NCBI GenBank assembly: GCA_904063045.1
Contig: CAJFCJ010000008.1
Coordinates: 744,001-808,000 of the forward strand
Source: Dimorphilus gyrociliatus
Lineage: Eukaryota; Animalia; Annelida
Reading direction: 5' to 3'
Length of the DNA: 64,000 nucleotides
Below, in pieces: positions 1 through 12,967 of this stretch (its first letter is position 1; each line of letters opens with the position of its first letter). A program made the position numbers and the translations under genes. The notes beneath the pieces are model-generated. The model did not search any database. It was not told the origin of the DNA and saw only the letters and a list, made by a program, of their open reading frames with translations.

Positions 1-1277
1 CCCTCATAACTAGGTGTTCTACTTCGCCTTTGTTAAGATCTGTTTCTTTGGCGATATCAGAAAAATTTAAAACTCTTTCTGTAGCTGGCCTTTTAAAAGT
101 CATTTCCATCAGACAAAGCAAAGAGATTTTCTGTCTCATATATTTTTCATTTACGTTTAAGTCAGGCTGCTTACTCCAATGAACTTTTAGATCCTGATAT
201 TGGCTTATATTGCCGCTATTAAAAGCAAACAGAAGTTGTACGAGCCAGGATTTATCAGATTTTCTTAAAGCTTCTAAGATGTCGTGTTGTAAAAGTTCAC
301 CAAAATTATAAATGCCACTTCCCAAAATAGCTGCTAGTCCAATATTGAAAGCCCTTTCGATTTGATCTTGGTCTGTAATAATTTATACAAATAAATAAAT
401 AAAGAGTAAATTGTGTGTAACAAAAAGCCTCACTGGATAAAGTTTTCACATCTATGCAACCGAGATATCTCAAAGCATCTCGATAGTAGTCAGCATGATT
501 AGCTTGTCGTTTATGAAAATTACTACATAGCTCGTAGTAAGGTGCATGGACTGAGGTTACACCATCTAGCTCTTCAAGTAAGTTTCCAGCCTCGTCAATA
601 ACATGCTAAAAAATAATTTGAAATAAGGTGAAAAAGAATTCAAATTCTCCTTTTATAAATACTTTAACTTTATCCGTATCATTCAATAAAATATAATAAT
701 TTCCTTCAGTTATAAGACATAAAACAACTGCCTCGTTATCATTTTTTACTTTTTCCTTTCGAATCTTTTCAATAAATGCAAGAGCTTGTGTATTATCTGC
801 AATTGATCAATTTATAATATAGACTATTAAATGTAAAAAAAAAACGTACCTTTCATTTGCCTTGCCACAGGGATGAGAATCTCTACCAAAGCAAGAGGAT
901 TCATTCGGTGTTCAAAGTCTGATATGAAGTTTTGGTACAGCTAATGTTGATCAACAGGGTTATTAGAAAGAGTAATCAAAAATTTTCAAAGCGTAATACC
1001 TGCATTATTGCATCACCCTGCTGCAGTTGGGCGTTTTTAACAAATTTTTGTAGTCTTATTGTTAATTGATGCCATAATCTAAAGAGTGATAAAAGGAATG
1101 AAAAGCTGAGTCACAGCCGGCAAAACAATTTAGCCTAAAAATCTGCAATTATATTAAGTTATACTTAAAAACTTACTTCCTATTGTACAAATCCTCAAGG
1201 GCTGCCCATTCCTGGGATACTTCGCTAGAAGATTTCCTCTGTTGTTCGAAAAGATAAGCTGAAACGTCTCTCACCAT
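1..1277 (-). CDS. PSMD13: 26S proteasome non-ATPase regulatory subunit 13 (Rpn9), multi-exon, 3' end beyond window start
   Basis: Hand-spliced minus strand: ATG at 1277 [25 protein letters not shown]|LWHQLT..|[21 protein letters not shown]..|..[29 protein letters not shown]|..[48 protein letters not shown]. These match characteristic PSMD13 segments; GT-AG introns (e.g. 373-433). Confidence 0.96.
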
Positions 1278-4200
1278 TTTTATTTAACGGAAGTGAATAT
1301 TTGGTAAAATATAAATTTTCTGTTAAAACAAACTGGTACTAATCCAGAGCCCTCTAGAGGTTCAATTAATATTTGAAGAAACTTTGTTGTAAATCCTTAA
1401 ATTTAATATAATTTTATTATTAATTAGAAAAGGTTAAAAGAAATAACCTTTTTCGGATTTAATGAGCGGAAAAATAATCCATATTCGACAGCTTCAACTG
1501 AATAAAAGAATAAAGTCTGACGAAATTGATATATATCAATATTTGCAAATTGGAATTAATAAAAGATTAGAAATGTAAAATAAGTTTTGATTAGTATTCT
1601 TGATAAACGAATTCTTGAATGTCAATTTAAGCAGAGGTTTCAATTAATTAAATCTTTGCTATTTCCCTTAGAAAATTGACGGTAGTTGAAAGGAAGTGGA
1701 ATATATTGAAACTTAAATATAGGAAATAAGCGAAAGAGTATGGATAACGAAACCGCAATAATACTGGATGAATAGATCTTGGTTTAAGAGCATACAATGT
1801 CTTTGTTCTTAATACCATACTTATCAGAGATTCTCTTTTTTCGCTGTTTCTTAGCGAACTTTACGACCTTGAAAAACAGTCTGTTTATTACACTGATAGA
1901 GGATAAAATCCGTAATAGAGCAAAATCGGATATTAGTAAATCGCCTGAAATACTTATGTCTTATATTTATAATAAATAAAATACTTATACTATATATGTG
2001 AAAATTTTGAAGTGAAACTTAGAGAACAAAATACGACTTCTCTTAAATAATTAGGCATTGTATTGATAATCACTTTCATTATAACTTTAACATTCTATCA
2101 AGCTATAGTAATCCTACATTTTAGATTTTATAAAATTCTAAAACCTCAGCCGAAAAAGGGCCATTAATCGTTGAAGCTTTATTGTAAAATACTTTTATTT
2201 TTTATCCTTATCCAGATTTCGCTATCGATTCTGAGCCCATGTTTTTTCATTGTAATGGGTTTTAGGTAACATTCCATTTCTTTCACGCATCTCTAACCGG
2301 AACAAAATATATAGAACTTACCGAACCTTTAAGTGATTTAATCACGCATACAAATGCAGATCTTTGAAACTTTTTTTTTTAACATTTCTTTTGACGGTGT
2401 GCACTAATAATTTAAACCAAGCTGACTCTGCTTACAGATGCAAGAAATGAGATTATATGAAAAAGGGTTAAATGAAGCAAAATGGAAAGGAAGAAGGGAA
2501 AAAAGAAAAGAAGAAGAAAGGTAAATAATAACAATGATATTAGTAATAATAAACGTAAGGGAGGGCTGATACGTGTATTATATGTAGTACACGATGTTAT
2601 GGTACTGGTAAATTAGACTCTAGAGAAAAAATTTTATACTAAGTATACTCTATGGTAGAATTTGAAGTTTGTTTTTTTATCTTGATAACTATCTATTATA
2701 GTATATGACCATTAGGCAAAATATAAGAAAAAAGACATCTATTTATAATTGTATTTTTTCCTTTTTGCTATTTATTTTTTGTTATATAGGTAAAGCTATT
2801 TTCTATTTAATTAACACCGGATCTAAATTGTAAAGGGAGACGAAAAAAGTGTAGAAAATTTTTAGAATCTATTGATCCAATTAAGAATGAAAAAGAGTGA
2901 AGAAAAGGAAATTAATATATTTTATTTAGTATTTTTTTGAAAGGATACTCACTAACTTAATTTAATGTTATTGCTAATATAAAATATACATTTCTTCTTT
3001 TTAATAATTTATGAATATTAAGTAGTTATATTTCCATATTTGTACGTGTTTAAGTGTATAAATATTGCGCACGACAGCAATATTAACTATTAGTATTTAT
3101 TGTTTAGACATATGCAAGTTTCTGAAACTATTTCTCTATTTTATATACTGTATAAGTATGTATAATATAGATTTTTATATTCAGCCTCCCTCATGCAAAG
3201 CTCTAAAATGACTCAAGGCAAGAGTATCATGAGGTAAAGCTACATATTTCACGTAAATAGCATACTATATACTATAAGAGTACATATTTTTTTACTGTAG
3301 AACCTTGTGCGGAGGTGTTCCTTTTCGTATTGTTAGTAAAGTAGAACATAAAAAGCATTTTACTCATCATGTAACAGATTCTCCTTTCAGTCTAAGTTCT
3401 TTTGGCCATGTGAACGATTTCCCATGCAATCTAGTATTAATTTCCTTAGCCCAAGCTCCGTACCTTTTAATTGACTTAATCCTTCAGCATCGGATACATT
3501 ACTTAAAAGGAAGAGAAAGGTTTGAAAGAAGGAGGATTTTAAAAAGCACTCTTTATAAGATCAATCGATAAATATAAAAACGTAACGTTATGCAACAATG
3601 ACAGAATCAGTTTTTTTTTACAACAAAACTTTTTGAAAACACCTTTCATAAGCTGTTAACGCGTAAAGTAAAAGAGACGCTTGTCGTTATATCTACCATA
3701 CGAATGAGAGTAAATATGGATCGTAGATGAAAGCTAAATACTATGTGGCCTCTTTTTTGCTTTTACATAACCTTTTGAAGTGTCAAAAGAGTACAGCAAA
3801 ATTTTCTTTTTATTCCTTCTGTTAAAGAGACCTATTTTATTTTATTGGCTATCAACTACATTAGTTAGTTAATTATTGTTATTCTATTGTATTATTGTAT
3901 TTTCTTTTAATGTGGGTCCATAATGAATATATAATTTGTAAATAGAAAATGTAAAAGGAGCATGTAAAACAAGTAAAGTGAGTTACTACAATACGATATG
4001 ACTTTGTAAAAGTGGAAAATATTTCTGTGATTTTATTATACATTGCTAGGAGTTATTTAGCATTTTCAAACTCTTCGAATTAATGTTGCAAATGAGTTTT
4101 TATTGATGGCATTTAAAGGAGAGCATACAATTTAGTTTCATATTTGTAACATGAAGATTAACCAAAAAGAAATAAGTCAAGTAGAACAGAGGGATAGAGG

Positions 4201-4841
4201 GAGAGAGAGAGGGTGAGAGAATGAAGAGGGAAACGAGAGAGTGAGAATGCGAAAGAGCAAAGGAATCTATGATAAATGTTGCAAATTTTATCATAACATT
4301 TCGTTTAAAGTCAGCTCCCTTTACTACTTGATTATCTCAATATCTGCCAAATGGTCAATTAATTTTTCAACCATTTGTTTCTCATACAAATTTCCCTTTT
4401 GTTTATTTGACTAACTTGTCTTATTGAAACGAGCGAAAAGTGCCTTGATTATTTATAACCCATCATTTGTCACGTTGTAGGGTTCCTTGTTGCGAATAAA
4501 GAAACTAATCGAACACATTGCAATGATTGTGACAAATCATAAATACCTTTTCCATTCCTAAGCTTCCGGTTACTCCATTCCTAAATTATTTATTGGATGG
4601 TGAAGCTGAGATTTTAAAACGTATTTTATATAATATTATTTTTAGAATTGACCTTTATTTCTTCTCTTTGTATTGAAAATTCTATAACCTATCTCTTAAA
4701 ATGATTACTGATATATTTCATATATTCTATTGTCTGTTTGATTCACTGTCTAATGATTGGTAAAACGTTTTACCAGGTGGCGCTTCCACATTTTACTTTT
4801 TTATAGGCAAAAACGAGAGTGTCGTCTCCAGCTACTAGTCG

Positions 4842-6020
4842 ATGGCTAACAAAGTAACTCTTGAGGATATCGTAGAAAATTTTTGTTCAAATTTCTCGGA
4901 AGGATCTTGGCAGCATTCCGGAGGAACAACACCAAGCAATGTGACTTACGTGTATTTACCCCTTTTGCAACTTTCATTGGGGGTTCCCCTTATTATTATA
5001 TGTTTAATTGTTCTTAAAAGATTCCACTCAGGTAGAACTAAAGCGTATTTTTTGTTAAGATTGTTAGCTTTATCGGACTTAGCAGCATTGATCATGTATG
5101 TAGCGACGATGCTCTATCATTGGGTAGTCGCAAAAAGCTTAAAAACTGATAACACCTATAATATACTTAAAGGTTTTTCACATGCCGGGGTTCTCTGGAC
5201 AACATGGACAGCGGTAATTGTCGGTTTGGAACGCTGCATTGCTGTGTGCCGACCAATTCAATCTAGAATCTTCAAGACAAGATCAGTTGTAATTATTATT
5301 GCTGCTATACATATCTTTGCAACTACTTTGTACGGTTGTCATGCGGCTATCAATTGGACATTTCAATCGAAAGCGAATGACATAGATGTGTCTACAAATC
5401 GTCCTGAATTAACCGCGTTTTTAATGAATAGATGCAGCAGTAACAACAATGAAGTCAGATATTTAGTCAACTCCAGAGTAAGAATAGTTTTGGTTCAAAT
5501 ATTTGATATATTTATTCTGGCCACCGGATATATTATACCTATTTTCCTTTTGGCTGTTGTGGACGTTCAAATCGTTAGAAAACTTCGACAACTCCAAAAA
5601 AACGGCCCGGATAAAGCCAGGGGAGCTGTCAATTCTAAGAGGGCGACGAAAGTTGTTGCCGCTTCAGTTTTTGTCCATTGCACGTGCTTAATACCTATGG
5701 CAGCACTTCACGTGATAACTATTATAAATAGTGAGTTAAAAAATGACGCTTTTAAACTAATAGTTGACGCCTTACTTCATTTGCATACAATATTAACTTT
5801 ACCTGCTTACTGTGCAGTGGGAAAGTCTTTTAGAGCAGCTTTAAAGACATTTGCATCTTGCGCTCCATCTGCACACAACAGTCCAACTAACATGGAAGGA
5901 TCAGTGACGAGGTCAAGTTTTGTTTCAATGAGTACAATGAGTAGTACCAGAGGATCATTGAAATTCAAATTGATAAGAAGAGGAGAAAGTAAAAATAAGG
6001 AATGCTTAATAAAGAGATAA
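4842..6020 (+). CDS. Single-exon class A (rhodopsin-like) GPCR, peptide-receptor-like, divergent motifs
   Basis: 392-aa ORF with seven hydrophobic segments, LALSD (TM2), LERCIAVCRP (TM3), CLIP (TM6) and N-terminal N-glycosylation sequons (NFS, NVT). Confidence 0.9.
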   Translation: MANKVTLEDIVENFCSNFSEGSWQHSGGTTPSNVTYVYLPLLQLSLGVPLIIICLIVLKRFHSGRTKAYFLLRLLALSDLAALIMYVATMLYHWVVAKSLKTDNTYNILKGFSHAGVLWTTWTAVIVGLERCIAVCRPIQSRIFKTRSVVIIIAAIHIFATTLYGCHAAINWTFQSKANDIDVSTNRPELTAFLMNRCSSNNNEVRYLVNSRVRIVLVQIFDIFILATGYIIPIFLLAVVDVQIVRKLRQLQKNGPDKARGAVNSKRATKVVAASVFVHCTCLIPMAALHVITIINSELKNDAFKLIVDALLHLHTILTLPAYCAVGKSFRAALKTFASCAPSAHNSPTNMEGSVTRSSFVSMSTMSSTRGSLKFKLIRRGESKNKECLIKR

Positions 6021-6035
6021 TTGTTTCCTCCATCG

Positions 6036-6070
6036 CTCTCTCTCTCTCTCTCTCTCTGTCTGTCTCTCTC
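6036..6070. repeat. (CT)n microsatellite, interrupted
   Basis: Read directly, just after the GPCR1 stop codon. Confidence 0.9.
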
Positions 6071-7022
6071 TTTTCTGCGTTATCAGTGTATCAATTTATC
6101 ACTCTCTCTTCTCAACTCCAACTCCAGAATGACAAGCAATCGTCAGCTCTCGCTTGTAATAAAAAACACTTCAAGATTATTACTATTATTATTATTGCAA
6201 TCATTATCATAAGTTACGTTACCTGTATTCTTTTATTATATCGTTAACCAAATAGAGAATAATGGCTTATATTGTATGTAAGCAAATTGTAACGTAATAT
6301 TTCGTGATGTAATGAGAGAAATAGTCGCAATTCGTTTATTGATTGAATATGAAAAGGAAAATAAAGAGAATTTCAAAGAGATTTTATATAAGAACTTTTG
6401 TGAATGAGAAGAAAAAAAAGAAAAGAAAATAACGAAACTAATCGAATAGTTGTTCTTATTTTTATTAAAAAGTTAAATAAAACAATAGATTTACCTTTTT
6501 AAACCAAAGAATTGAAAAATAGAAAAACTACTAAAATTACAAAATTAATGGTCGTAAATTAAATATTATAGGATTTGTAAATATAGAAAATGTTTGATCA
6601 TGAGTAACTTTTACAATTGTGTAAATCATCTAGAACGGTTTTATTGAATTTCTGAAATGTTATATAAGAGGTTAAAGCATTGGCTTTATTTTTAAAGAGC
6701 TATCTAAAGTCGTTGTTGTTCACACGACACTTTGGAAAGAACGGAACGTAAACATATATGTTTCAGGCGATTACGTTGAGTAAACTATTGAATTTCATGG
6801 AGAAAAAGTCTTTGGAGAAGAATTTACTTAGATAATAGAGCTATCTTTCTCAATTTATAGGGGCTAAATGCTGTTTATATATCACAAAAATACCTTAGGG
6901 TGTCTTCTTTATCTATTGTTTTGTGTATGTGTGCAGTGTGTATGTTAACTTCAACTTGTTTTTTAGTATAGTTAAGAAAGAAGTTCTTTCCTCTCAACGC
7001 TACTGTCAAAAAAGAAATTATT

Positions 7023-8253
7023 ATGGGAAATTGTATGACACCTAAAGAAAACATTAGTGCTGCTGAAAAGCTAGTGTTCTACGTAAATATTTACGTTGAT
7101 GGAATCATATCTGTTGCTGGGATTTTCGGCAATATACTTATTCTATTAACGTTGAAAAATACCCCTCACGTTAGTTCATATACAATCTATATACGCGTAT
7201 TGGCTTTTGTAGAAGTTATATTTGTTGCTTATTGCCTCTTATATACGACATTCAGAACGGCTGCCAAGTAAGTAAAACAATAATAAAAAAGAAAGAAAAA
7301 GCAACTGCTTTTCTCTGCCTAAGAATAGATAGAGCTTTTTCCGGGAACATTGACGGAGAATAAGCTGAAAACGAGGGCAAGTTATTTAAGCATTGTTTTA
7401 TCTTTTTCTCCCTAACAGATATACTGATTGTATGGCAAATTATTTAAAGGCAGAGCCGATATTAGTGTCGGTTGCTCTACCGATAGCGTGGATGCTACAA
7501 ACTTCTAGTATTTGGATAACGGCTATGTTGGCTGTAGATAGAAGAATTGCGGTGGATAAACCTTTAAAATCGCTAACGTTTTGTACATCAATCATAGCTA
7601 AGAGAGTTTCAGCGCTCACTATTTTGGGATGTGTTCTGTTTAACACTCCAAGATTCGCTTATTACTCTGCCGTTTCGAAACTTGAAACAAATGCTTCATA
7701 TGTTCATATTGCCCATCTGAGAGTTAACTTACCTGGATGGGATGCCTCCATTTACTATTGGCTTTATCATGTTGGATTAACTTTTGCCCTTGTCTTCATA
7801 TTACCGTTAGGTATAATTGCAGTATGCGACGTTTATCTGGTAAAAGCTTTAAGGAAAGCTGATAAATTTCGTCAATTACACGCTAGAGAGAGTAAGAATA
7901 AAGTTCTAAAAACACCTGTTCCTGTTTCAAGAACAATAGTTGTAAATATGGTTGTCGTCATTTCAAAATTATTAATTTGTCAAACTCCTGATTTTTTGAT
8001 GGGTATCGCCCAAGCAGCAAGAGTTGATAGAAATGCAGCCGCGTACAAGATATTTTCAACGTTAAAAGAAATGCTACTTATAATTAGTGCGTCTGCAAAC
8101 TGTTATATATATTTAATCCTGAACAAATATTTTAGAAGATCTGCCAAAGCAATAACGTTAAAAATTTTCAAACCTTGTAGGCAACGAAACAATGATTCTA
8201 CACAAACACATAGTCAGTTCACTGACCTTGGCCGAATATCGACAATTAACTGA
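7023..8253 (+). CDS. Two-exon class A GPCR, FMRFamide/peptide-receptor-like
   Basis: Exon 7023-7267, intron 7268-7418 (GTAAGT..TAACAG), exon 7419-8253, joined in frame (TAAK|YTDC). Motifs GIFGN (TM1), SIWITAMLAVDRRIAVDKP (TM3), LFNTPRF (TM4), CQTP (TM6), SANCYIY (TM7). Confidence 0.9.
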
Positions 8254-9696
8254 AAAAAAAGATGGTTATTTGTAAATTAACAAACAGAATATTAAAGATA
8301 TTATTATTGATCTTATTTTTCTTTGATCTTTTTTTCTATTTTAACCTTTTGCCAATTGCTTCTGTCATTTGAATGTTCATTAAGTCAAAATGAATTCTAA
8401 ATGGAGAAGAGTATTTAAAGTTTAGAGAGAAGATTTCATGTTTAGAAAAGAAGACAAAACAGCTAATAGAAAAAAGAGAAAAATAAGTTAAAATTAGATG
8501 TGAAATACACCTTAAATTATACTCTACACTAATTATAATGATTGGTATACTATGTATAGACAAAAATAAAACATATTAGGTATATATGGTATACTAAATA
8601 TTCCCAGTTCTTTCCTCTTTCTATCTATCTGTCTGTCTGCTTGTCTTTCTATCTTTCCAATTATATTTTTCGTTTATTAGTATTCTGGAGAATGCTTCTT
8701 CTGCCAACCAAAAACAGAATCTTATTAAGCAATTTTTCTCTCTTTTTCTTTTCTTGGCTTACCGTTAATCTTTTTCTTTTCAGCTTGAAAAACTTTTTCC
8801 TTTTAAATAAATATTTCATGAACCTTCGTGTCATATATTAATTATTACACTACAGGATATATACTGTATATAAATATATATAAACTAATAATAATATGTT
8901 AGCAAAGGGGTCTTTAACCTTTAAAAGTTGTTTATTTCTTAAAAACATTATAAATAGTAATGTTATTAAATTTATGCTTAATTTGATTTACGATAATTTC
9001 CCCTGTAACGATATAGGAGAGTTAATCCTTGAAGGATATAGCTAATTATAATCAGGTTTTTTTTAACCTTGTCAATACCTCTAATTATAAAAAGTTGTGA
9101 GAAAAAACAACACTCTAATGACATTTTATATTGTATATACATATAAGTATTAATATATGGTATAAATACAACTAATCTTTCTAATCTGAATGGTAGGAAG
9201 AGCTTTTCACTATTACTTTTGTATGCCAATCCTTCTATTCTAATTACATCTTCTAAGAGAGTAGGTAGAAAATTAGAAAGAGAATTTAGACAGAACAGCA
9301 AAGAAGTAAATGAAGCATTTATATATATTATACTGTTTATATATATAAAGATCTGTCAAGTACATCTTTCGGCTTTTCTATGAAATTTAATCTATAATAA
9401 AATGAAAAAAGTTCTTTTTATTTCCTTTCTCAATGAATATATTTAAATATAAAAAATTACAAGACGATAATGAATTATAATAAACTTTTCTGTTTAATTT
9501 TTTTTTATTAATAACTTTATTGTCTTTGAACAAGTTATATAAAAACGTATATTATGGTAAAAAAAGGTAAAGATAAATGAAAATTTACGTATTTTATACT
9601 GTGCTATATATTGATATTTTCATTTAAACGTATACCTGATCTTTCCTTAAAAGTACTGTACGAAAGTAAAAGGTGTTGTATACCTAATATAGAGCG

Positions 9697-9731
<35 letters not shown>

Positions 9732-9823
9732 GTATGATGACATTTTCATGTACTGTGTAGTTCATGTAACGATACATTTACTGTCTACCTTGCAATCTAC
9801 CTCACAGATACACTTAGACACAT

Positions 9824-9859
9824 ATATACAGTATATATATATATATATATACTGTATAT
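9824..9859. repeat. Perfect palindrome ATATACAG-(TA)n-CTGTATAT
   Basis: Self-complementary tract read directly. Confidence 0.8.
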
Positions 9860-10615
9860 GCATTATAAATATGAAATAAATGTATTAATTACTATATTTA
9901 AATACATACAAAGCAATTTGTATACTCTATAAAATGTACAATGAAATTACTTTCTATATCAACAAGTACACGTATTTATCAATTTTCCTTCTCTTCTCAG
10001 GTACAAATGTAATGTATATCGTATTGGGTTTTATCAAAAATTTTTATCCATATTTAACATAGTTTTAATATTTTATTTACAAACAAATATACATAAGTTA
10101 TATTTGTAGTACAAAAGAAAATACTAGATATCATTTTTCAGCCTATATCTACGGTTAAATTCCAAGAAACTAGAATATATATATACATATATATATATTT
10201 GTTTATTTATTTATTTATTTTTAAGCTTCATTCTCAGTTAGTTTTCAACCAAAAAGTAAAGCACTTGTTTTTTAACTAATTTCGAGAAATTCTCTAAAAC
10301 AAGAAATTTGTAGTGCAATAGAGAAGGAAGAGGAAGCAGTGATTTATTGGCTTTCAACGACCTTGTAGGAGAATAGGCAAAGTAATTCTCGGTTGATTGC
10401 TAATTATATCCATTCAATCATCTTAACGGACCATTATAATGTTGAAAGAATTGTGACGGTGTATCTTTCCACCTGGACGAGAAAGGAAGGTGCAACAAAG
10501 CGGAAAAATCGAATGAGCTGTATACAATTTAACTAGAAAAGTAGAAAAAAAAACCAAGTTTTACGGATAGATTGACCTTCCAGTGGAAGTTTTTACTCAG
10601 AAAATAGAAACCTTT

Positions 10616-10669
10616 TGACGTCACTTCTTCAACGCTTACTCAGTGACACACGCACAATAAATTATATAA
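10616..10669 (+). promoter_or_regulatory. Full CRE palindrome (TGACGTCA 10616-10623) followed by TATA-like box (TATATAA 10663-10669), candidate promoter of the IGFBP-domain gene
   Basis: Motifs read directly; spacing resembles a CRE-TATA promoter; function is inferred. Confidence 0.4.
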
Positions 10670-11935
10670 GATATAACGATTCAAAATTAGGGATAATTAA
10701 GTCTATTCTCAATGTAATAGATTTTTCTATACTATGTTTAGGAAACAAAGCAACAGAGGGCGCGTATTTTATGGTATAACAAGCTTCCCCTTTTCTGTTT
10801 CTTATATTTTTTATAAAAACTTTTACTTCCGGTCAGGGATATTAACAAGAAAATCTGTTGCATTTAGTTGTCTTTTCTTGTTCTCTATTGTTTACTTAGA
10901 AAACAGTGTTGATATTTACTCTTTTGTCAACTGTAAATTGGAAATAGTCCGAATTCCTCATCACCCTTCCTTCCGCCCCAATCGACTTTTATCTTTTATT
11001 ATATTTATTCTATATTTCTCCCTTCTTCCTCTCTCTACCTCTTTACTACAATCAATATATATATATATATGTATATAAATGTCAAATACAGTTCTCTTTC
11101 ACAACAAAACACTGTTAAAATAATATAAAAAGCTATAAATTTGCCTAACCAATTAGGATTTTCAATGAGTTAAGTTCAAGGTTGTAAACGATTGTTTTTA
11201 GATTTTAGAAAATGTTATCAGAGCCCTTTTTTAGTTATATTTGCGTGTTTCAAAAAGATATAATATGCATATGAATATTGAATGATATTTTATATCAGTC
11301 TTCTTCCGTAAAATGTCTGATTAAGAAAGTAGATATTTATCTCTCTTCTTCGCTTTGTTCCCTTAGAAATGTAAATTAAAAAATATTTGACAATTTTAAA
11401 AGAGATCTTGCAGATTGCCAAGAAAATCTTACTAAAAAGTTATTTACTTTTGCAATTCCTTTGTCCATAAAATAGTAATAGTTGTATAATTAAGTCAACA
11501 TCTATCTAAGGCGTTTACTAACAAAAAGTTTTTAGTAAATATACTAACATACAGTGCATATAAATACGGAATATACTAATATATCAAATACTAGATACGG
11601 ATTATTCTAGATTTATTAAATCTTTTAATTGTTTACAATCAACTTCAGTTTATTGAATATACGATGATTTCTAATACTAAATCATAATGCTTTAAGACAA
11701 ACTGTGTTAATAAAAAGTTGCCAGGAGTTTTCAAGTTTATGTTTGATCCGGTTTTACTAAGTAAATCACCCTACTCTAAATCTACATTGAAAGTTGATAT
11801 TTACAAAGTCTAAATATTTTCTCGGGAATTCTTCCTTTGAAGTAGAATTTAATTAATTTAGTTAGATATTAAAAGATAAGAGTATCCTCTATATCCTCTC
11901 ATTTAATCTAGAGTTGACGAAAGATCAGTATACAA

Positions 11936-12967
11936 ATGCTTTATTCAATTTTTATTCAACGCATTTCTTCAATGATACTCATTTTTAATGCTTTAACATT
12001 TGATGTTCAACTAACTGACGCGTCTGTCATTAATTGTGTGTCATGCTCAAAAATGAAATGTATGGAAAGAAAGCTTACTTGTCGAGGAGGAAAAGTGAAA
12101 GGTATTTGTGGCTGCTGCGATAAATGTGCCAAAGTTCTAAATGAAAACTGTGGAGGTGTTTACTATTATCTTGGAAAGTGTGATAAGGATTTAGTCTGTA
12201 AGCCGTTAATTAAAACGAGAAGGAGAAAATTATGGCCGGGTAAAGGTCGCTGCGTAAGGAAGGTAAAACGAGAGAGGAAGCAATCAGATGAACCCGGAAA
12301 CGATTCTCAACAGTGTAGACCAAAATGTTCTCCTGAATTTTGCCGGAAACGCCCCAGAGCAATTTGCTCAGCTACAGGGTAAAATTTTGATGATTATTTC
12401 TAAAAAGAGGGCAAACTATTCTTCCCTAAAATTATATAAAATTAAGATTATACTAGAGTCTATATCTAATAAAGTAATAGTACAAAAGTATATACCTATG
12501 TACTATATATCAGTATATATATATAGTATACGAACGACTCTTTATTATAGATTCGTTCTCTCTACTTAATAAACCTAGATTGTTAGATTACTATTATTCT
12601 TTTTATCTACTACCATAATCCAACTAGCATGAATGAATAGTAAACTTCATTATTAACTAAACCTATGCTATTAGGACCTTGTGATTGTTTTGATTCACTT
12701 TGCTTTCTTTTTTTTTTACACAGAGGTGTCGCTTTGTTTGAACGCACTTGTAGCTCTCAGTGTCAGCTAACTTCGTGTAGAGCTTGCTATTATGAGGAAG
12801 AAGCTTCCTGCAGCAAATGTTCCCCAGAAGACTATAAATGCCTTCGACGTTTTGCTCTTTGCATTAAGAAGAAGACTTGCACTAGGAAAAGATATCCCTG
12901 TCAAATAAGAAGAACTCCAATTGGGCCTAGGAAATTATTTAGGTGTCACGTTCCCGATTGCCCTTAA
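11936..12967 (+). CDS. Secreted IGFBP N-terminal (IB) domain protein with an additional Cys-rich C-terminal region
   Basis: Exon 11936-12378, intron 12379-12723, exon 12724-12967 in frame (SATG|GVAL). Hydrophobic N-terminus, IB motif GICGCCDKCAK..CGG..GKC..LVC, then CRPKCSPEFC..ICS and CSSQCQLTSCRAC. Confidence 0.85.

Noticed and set aside
8336-11078. Several 60-114-aa track ORFs (8336, 8641, 8978, 10734), and similar ones at 3305, 4100, 34850, 35280 and 41629-45224
   Set aside because: Compositionally biased, often non-ATG starts, with no splice or homology support; treated as non-coding. Short ORFs antisense to or overlapping real genes were rejected likewise.
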